IMG/VR virus record: IMGVR_UViG_2718217897_000004
DNA: 42,229 nt
Reading direction: 5' to 3' (one strand)
Source: a virus
Lineage: Duplodnaviria; Heunggongvirae; Uroviricota; Caudoviricetes
The notes under the pieces are model-generated. The model worked only from the letters and a program-made list of their open reading frames with translations. It ran no database searches and was not told the origin of the DNA. The position numbers and the translations under genes are program-made. Shown here in pieces: positions 37,867 through 42,229 of the stretch. Every line of letters begins with the position of its first letter. Positions within the stretch are counted from its first letter, which is position 1.

Positions 37867-38466
37867 ATGCGTAAAGTTTGTGCAGCCATTTTGTCCGCAG
37901 CCATCTGTCTGTCCGTATCCGGTGCGCCTGCATGGGCATCTGAACATCAGTCCACGCTGAGCGCGGGGTATCTTCATGCCTCGACGAACGTTCCCGGCAG
38001 CGATGATCTTAACGGGATTAACGTGAAATACCGTTATGAGTTTACGGACACGCTGGGGCTGATTACGTCATTCAGTTATGCCAACGCTGAAGATGAGCAA
38101 AAAACGCATTACAGCGATACCCGCTGGCATGAAGATTCCGTGTGTAACCGCTGGTTCAGCGTGATGGTGGGGCCGTCTGTGCGCGTGAATGAATGGTTCA
38201 GCGCGTATGCGATGGCGGGTATGGCTTACAGCCGTGTGTCGACTTTCTCCGGGGATTATCTCCGCGTAACTGACAACAAGGGGAAAACGCACGATGTGCT
38301 GACCGGAAGTGATGACGGTCGCCACAGCAACACGTCTCTGGCGTGGGGAGCTGGCGTGCAGTTTAACCCGACCGAATCCGTGGCCATTGATATTGCTTAT
38401 GAAGGCTCCGGCAGTGGTGACTGGCGCACTGACGGTTTCATCGTGGGTGTCGGTTATAAATTCTGA
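37867..38466 (+). CDS. lom: Lom/Ail-family outer-membrane beta-barrel protein
   Basis: 199 aa with signal peptide and C-terminal ...GVGYKF beta-barrel ending; flanked by terminators at 37818-37843 and 38493-38520. Confidence 0.88.
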   Translation: MRKVCAAILSAAICLSVSGAPAWASEHQSTLSAGYLHASTNVPGSDDLNGINVKYRYEFTDTLGLITSFSYANAEDEQKTHYSDTRWHEDSVCNRWFSVMVGPSVRVNEWFSAYAMAGMAYSRVSTFSGDYLRVTDNKGKTHDVLTGSDDGRHSNTSLAWGAGVQFNPTESVAIDIAYEGSGSGDWRTDGFIVGVGYKF

Positions 38467-38530
38467 TTAGCCAGGTAACACAGTGTTATGACAGCCCGCC
38501 GGTTCAGGCGGGCTTTTTTGTGGAGTGGAT

Positions 38531-40936
38531 ATGGCAGCAGTAAAAATCTCAGGTGTGCTGAAAGATGGTGCGGGAAAACCAATACAGAACTGCACTATTC
38601 AACTGAAGGCAAAGCGTAACAGCACCACGGTACTGGTGAACACGGTGGCTTCTGAAAATCCGGATGAAGCCGGACGTTACAGCATGGATGTTGAGTATGG
38701 CCAGTACAGCGTCACCCTGCTGGTTGAAGGTTTTCCGCCTTCACATGCCGGGACCATTACCGTCTATGAAGGCTCCAGACCAGGTACGCTGAATGATTTT
38801 CTCGGTGCCATGACGGAAGATGATGTCATGCCGGAGGCATTGCGTCGTTTTGAGGCAATGGTGGAAGAAGTGGCACGCAACGCCGAAGCCGCCTCTCAGA
38901 GCGCAGCGGCGGCAAAGAAATCCGAAACTGCAGCGGCATCATCAAAGAACGCGGCGAAAACCTCAGAAACGAATGCAGCTAATAGTGCACAGGCGGCAGC
39001 GACCTCAAAGACTGCATCGGCAAACTCCGCGACAGCAGCCAAAAAATCAGAAACCAACGCGAAAAATAGCGAGACAGCCGCAAAGACGAGCGAAACCAAC
39101 GCAAAGTCCAGCCAGACGGCAGCGAAAACCAGCGAAACGAATGCCAAAGCCAGTGAAACTGCGGCGAAAAGCAGTCAGGCTGCAGCAGCCCAAAGCGAGA
39201 GCGCGGCAGCCGGTTCTGCGACTTCAGCAGCTGGATCAGCAACTGCTGCGGCTAACAGCCAGAAAGCTGCGAAGACGAGTGAAACTAACGCAAAGTCCAG
39301 CCAGACGGCAGCGAAGACCAGCGAAACGAATGCCAAAGCCAGTGAAACTGCGGCGAAAAGCAGTCAGGATGCAGCGGCCCAAAGCGAGAGTGCCGCAGCC
39401 AGTTCTGCAAGCGCGGCGGCTGCTTCTGCCACTGCATCAGCTAACAGTCAAAAAGCAGCAAAAACCAGTGAAACCAACGCAAAGGCGAGCGAGACTGCGG
39501 CGGCGAACTCGGCGCAAGCATCGGCAGCAAGCCAGACAGCAGCTAAAGCAAGTGAAGACGCAGCCAGAGAGTATGCAAGCCAGGCAGCGGAGCCGTATAA
39601 ACAAGTTTTGCAGCCGTTGCCCGATGTGTGGATACCGTTTAATGATTCACTGGATATGATTACGGGCTTTTCGCCATCATATAAAAAAATTGTTATTGGC
39701 GACGATGAAATAACAATGCCTGGCGACAAGATTGTAAAGTTTAAACGCGCATCGAAAGCAACTTACATTAATAAATCTGGTGTGCTGACAGAGGCTGCCA
39801 TTGACGGGCCACGATTTGAACGTGATGGCCTGCTTATTGAGGGGCAAAGAACTAACCTGCTAATCAATTCAACAAATCCGACTAAATGGAACAAGTCGTC
39901 AAATATGATCTTAAGTGCATCAGGTGTAGATGATTTCGGATTCCAGTACGCAAAATTTACATTAAAACCAGAAATGGTAGGGCAAATTTCAGCGATTAAC
40001 ATAGTAACCGTTTCCGGCAGTAAAGGTTTTGATGTAACAGGCGGAGAAAAGTATGTAACCATATCATGCAGGGTGCAAAGTGGCACTCCAAATTTAAGAT
40101 GCCGATTACGATTTGAAAACTATGATGGTTCTACCTACACATTCTTAGGTGACGCTTACTTAAATACGACAGATTTATCTATTGATAAGACGGGTGGTGC
40201 CGCTAATCGCATTACTGCAAGGGCTGTTAAAGATGAAGCAAGCAAATGGATCTTTTTTGAGGCGACAATTAAGGCACTTGATACAGAAAATATGATAGGT
40301 GGAATGGTTCAGTATGCCCCGGCAAAAGGAGTGGGCACTGGCGCGGATGATTATATTTATATTGCGACCCCTCAAGTTGAAGGTGGGGCGTGCGCTTCAT
40401 CGTTTATTATAACAGGCGCATCCCCTGTAACACGCGCCAGCGATATTGTAACGGTCCCCATTTCTCTAAATTGGTGCAATCCCGCTATTAGTTCATTAGC
40501 AGAAGTTAATACCAATTGGGATGAATCGCCAAACAAAGAAGGTAGCGCACGTATTCTTAATATTTCCACTACGGGAGATACAACTGAAATTGCAGATGAA
40601 AGTTATATGTATTTGGGGTATACATCTTTGGGAGCACGCGCAATCATTACAAATGGTAAAGGCACTAAAATAGAATATAAAAGCGTTATAGAACGACCAG
40701 AGAGAAAAAGCATTATCGGCTTTAGATTCACAGAAAGTCGAGAATTGTGTGTTGTGGTTAACGGTAATATTGGTGCTAAGGTAGTTTCTCCTTATAAAAA
40801 ACACAAATATACAGGAGGCTTCATTAATATTGGTGGTCAATCATCATCCGGCAACCGTCACCTATTTGGACACGTTCGAAATCTGCGTATTTGGCACAAG
40901 GCATTGACTGATGCTCAGATGGGGGAGTCAATCTAA
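38531..40936 (+). CDS. Side tail fibre protein (lambda Stf-like N-terminus; Ala/Ser/Thr-rich repeat shaft; distinct C-terminal domain)
   Basis: N-terminal MAAVKISGVLKDGAGKPIQNCTIQLKAKRNSTTV... matches recalled lambda Stf; C-terminal about 440 aa is visibly more AT-rich and ends ...NLRIWHKALTDAQMGE, which resembles a LamG/ConA-like lectin motif. Confidence 0.85.
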   Translation: MAAVKISGVLKDGAGKPIQNCTIQLKAKRNSTTVLVNTVASENPDEAGRYSMDVEYGQYSVTLLVEGFPPSHAGTITVYEGSRPGTLNDFLGAMTEDDVMPEALRRFEAMVEEVARNAEAASQSAAAAKKSETAAASSKNAAKTSETNAANSAQAAATSKTASANSATAAKKSETNAKNSETAAKTSETNAKSSQTAAKTSETNAKASETAAKSSQAAAAQSESAAAGSATSAAGSATAAANSQKAAKTSETNAKSSQTAAKTSETNAKASETAAKSSQDAAAQSESAAASSASAAAASATASANSQKAAKTSETNAKASETAAANSAQASAASQTAAKASEDAAREYASQAAEPYKQVLQPLPDVWIPFNDSLDMITGFSPSYKKIVIGDDEITMPGDKIVKFKRASKATYINKSGVLTEAAIDGPRFERDGLLIEGQRTNLLINSTNPTKWNKSSNMILSASGVDDFGFQYAKFTLKPEMVGQISAINIVTVSGSKGFDVTGGEKYVTISCRVQSGTPNLRCRLRFENYDGSTYTFLGDAYLNTTDLSIDKTGGAANRITARAVKDEASKWIFFEATIKALDTENMIGGMVQYAPAKGVGTGADDYIYIATPQVEGGACASSFIITGASPVTRASDIVTVPISLNWCNPAISSLAEVNTNWDESPNKEGSARILNISTTGDTTEIADESYMYLGYTSLGARAIITNGKGTKIEYKSVIERPERKSIIGFRFTESRELCVVVNGNIGAKVVSPYKKHKYTGGFINIGGQSSSGNRHLFGHVRNLRIWHKALTDAQMGESI
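39101..39408 (+). repeat. Near-identical direct repeat (about 120 bp, two copies, 189-bp period) within the tail-fibre shaft
   Basis: 39101-39219 and 39290-39408 differ at only a few positions; encode repeated ...KTSETNAKSSQTAAKTSETNAKASETAAKSSQ... Confidence 0.6.
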
Positions 40937-41217
40937 TGAAAGATTTAACACTCAAATTTGCCGACAGGGCCGACTTTTCGGCCTTTATGGGAAGTATTGG
41001 CTATTATAATGACGAGTCGATGCAGGATGATATTCTGATTGATGTGATAGGTAACGTGTACAAAGAAACCGGAGAGCTGACTGAAGATGGCGAACCGGTA
41101 TGTGTTAAGGAAGATGGATATTTTGTAAACGTGCGCATCATTAAGGATACGCAAATATCGTCATTATTCGATGAATACGCGGTTGCTGTTGAGCATCAAC
41201 TTCGTGGCTGGATGTGA
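40936..41217 (+). CDS. Hypothetical acidic protein following the tail fibre gene
   Basis: 93-aa ORF overlapping the stf stop by 1 nt. Confidence 0.4.
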   Translation: MKDLTLKFADRADFSAFMGSIGYYNDESMQDDILIDVIGNVYKETGELTEDGEPVCVKEDGYFVNVRIIKDTQISSLFDEYAVAVEHQLRGWM

Positions 41218-41226
41218 GGTAGAGAA

Positions 41227-41931
41227 ATGGCTACATCAACAGTAATTCCGGGAGACATCACCACGCTGAAGGGAGATGTTAGTAAAGCAAAGGAAGATAT
41301 TTCCTCTATTAACGGAAAAGTATCAACGCTTCAGACTGATATGGCCAGTGCAAAGCAGGATATCAGCACCAGATACACAAAAACTGAAGTTGATAATAAG
41401 CTGAAAAACAAAGTGGAAGTGAACGATCTGGAAAGTGGTCGTTATGGCGGAGATTTTTACCCGCTGACTGGCCGTGAAGCGTTTTATTTATGGGGATTGG
41501 GCACAACTACAGCGGCGGCAAATCTTTATCTTAATCCTGACCCTGCAATTTCGTCTGTGCTGCGGTCAACATCGTCTATCCGCTATAAACATTCAGTAGA
41601 GACGATAGATTCAGAGCACGCCGATCTCATTTTCAGGATGCGCCCTGTGTGGTACAGGTCGCAATGCGAAAATGACAGGCGTGACTGGGGATTCTATGGA
41701 TTGATTGCCGAGGAAGTTGGAGAAATTGCCCCTCAGTTTGTTCACTGGCGACCAGCCAACGAAGATGATGCACCGGAAACCATTTCCAGCAATGGCCTTG
41801 TTGCCGAAGGTGTAATGTACGAACGTCTGGTTGTTCCACTGATTCACCATATCCAGAAGCTGACTGAAAGAGTTGATGAACTTGAGTCAGAATTAAAGTT
41901 GTTATCCGTTTCCCGAAGCGATATCGGATAA
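41227..41931 (+). CDS. Short tail-fibre-like protein: N-terminal coiled coil plus C-terminal intramolecular chaperone (peptidase S74-like) domain
   Basis: 234 aa; heptad-like N-terminus; C-terminal SSIRYKHSV...DWGFYGLIAEEVGEIAPQFV resembles the endosialidase/tail-fibre chaperone signature. Confidence 0.5.
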   Translation: MATSTVIPGDITTLKGDVSKAKEDISSINGKVSTLQTDMASAKQDISTRYTKTEVDNKLKNKVEVNDLESGRYGGDFYPLTGREAFYLWGLGTTTAAANLYLNPDPAISSVLRSTSSIRYKHSVETIDSEHADLIFRMRPVWYRSQCENDRRDWGFYGLIAEEVGEIAPQFVHWRPANEDDAPETISSNGLVAEGVMYERLVVPLIHHIQKLTERVDELESELKLLSVSRSDIG

Positions 41932-41941
41932 AGGAGGCGTA

Positions 41942-42229
41942 ATGGATATAACACCTTTCCTTCATGCACTTTGTGCTGTGGCTGCGCAGGTACTGGTTGG
42001 TCTTTTTACCGGAAACTGGGCTTACGGGGCGATAGCTGGTTGTACGTTCTTCATTGCGCGTGAACATACCCAGGCAGAATATCGCTGGATTGAAATGTTC
42101 GGGCATGGCAAGCGGATTAACATGCCGTGGTGGGGCGGTTTTGATCCACGTGCATGGGATGTGGCAAGCCTGATGGATTTTGCTGTGCCGGTGGTGGCGT
42201 GTCTGCTGATCTGGATGTTGATCCGTTAA
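41942..42229 (+). CDS. Small membrane protein at the distal end of the tail-fibre region
   Basis: 95-aa ORF with GGAGG SD; predicted TM helices at both ends; stop codon is the last 3 nt of the window. Confidence 0.45.
   Translation: MDITPFLHALCAVAAQVLVGLFTGNWAYGAIAGCTFFIAREHTQAEYRWIEMFGHGKRINMPWWGGFDPRAWDVASLMDFAVPVVACLLIWMLIR

Noticed and set aside
38900-39560. Possible CRISPR-like repeat array
   Set aside because: The repeats are long, coding, in frame within the tail fibre gene and lack spacer-repeat periodicity; they are protein-level tandem repeats.
38820-39659. 279-aa plus-strand ORF in an alternate frame
   Set aside because: Alternate frame of the repetitive Ala-codon-rich tail-fibre shaft; product is an Arg/Gln/Lys low-complexity string. 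The in-frame Stf reading matches lambda Stf.

Overview
The window is one host gene (mtfA), a host tRNA-Ser(CGA) (serU-like), and then about 41 kb of a single lambdoid prophage integrated at the 3' end of that tRNA; its right end (attR) is not in the window. All calls rest on reading the six-frame translations and the DNA by eye and on recalled family knowledge; no search or computation was run, so names are family-level. Layout, left to right: integrase, excisionase and a large exonuclease fusion; a Qin/dic-type immunity region (ydfD-like, dicB, DicF sRNA, ydfC-like on the minus strand, then DicA repressor and divergent DicC, flanked by palindromic operators); a YdaT-like early protein and replication genes; a block of small uncharacterised early genes containing a Hok-family type I toxin; DUF968/HNH-like protein, RusA and a Q-like protein; four tightly packed tRNA(-like) genes with their own promoter; a mosaic lysis cassette (S21-type pinholin, YdfR-like insert, SAR endolysin, Rz with embedded Rz1); a YfbU-family moron; HNH endonuclease, terminase and HK97-type head genes; lambda-like tail genes (V-like, G/GT frameshift chaperone, tape measure, M, L, K, I, J); Lom; a side tail fibre with tandem repeats and a distinct C-terminal domain; and three short distal genes. 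I found no CRISPR array, IS element or recognisable classical defence system. The most plausible candidates for something undescribed are the cargo genes at known moron positions: the YfbU-family gene after the lysis cassette, the AT-rich lipoprotein inside the tail operon, the zinc-ribbon ORF antisense to the leftward early operon, the degenerate tRNA-like gene, and the short fibre-chaperone protein at the distal end.
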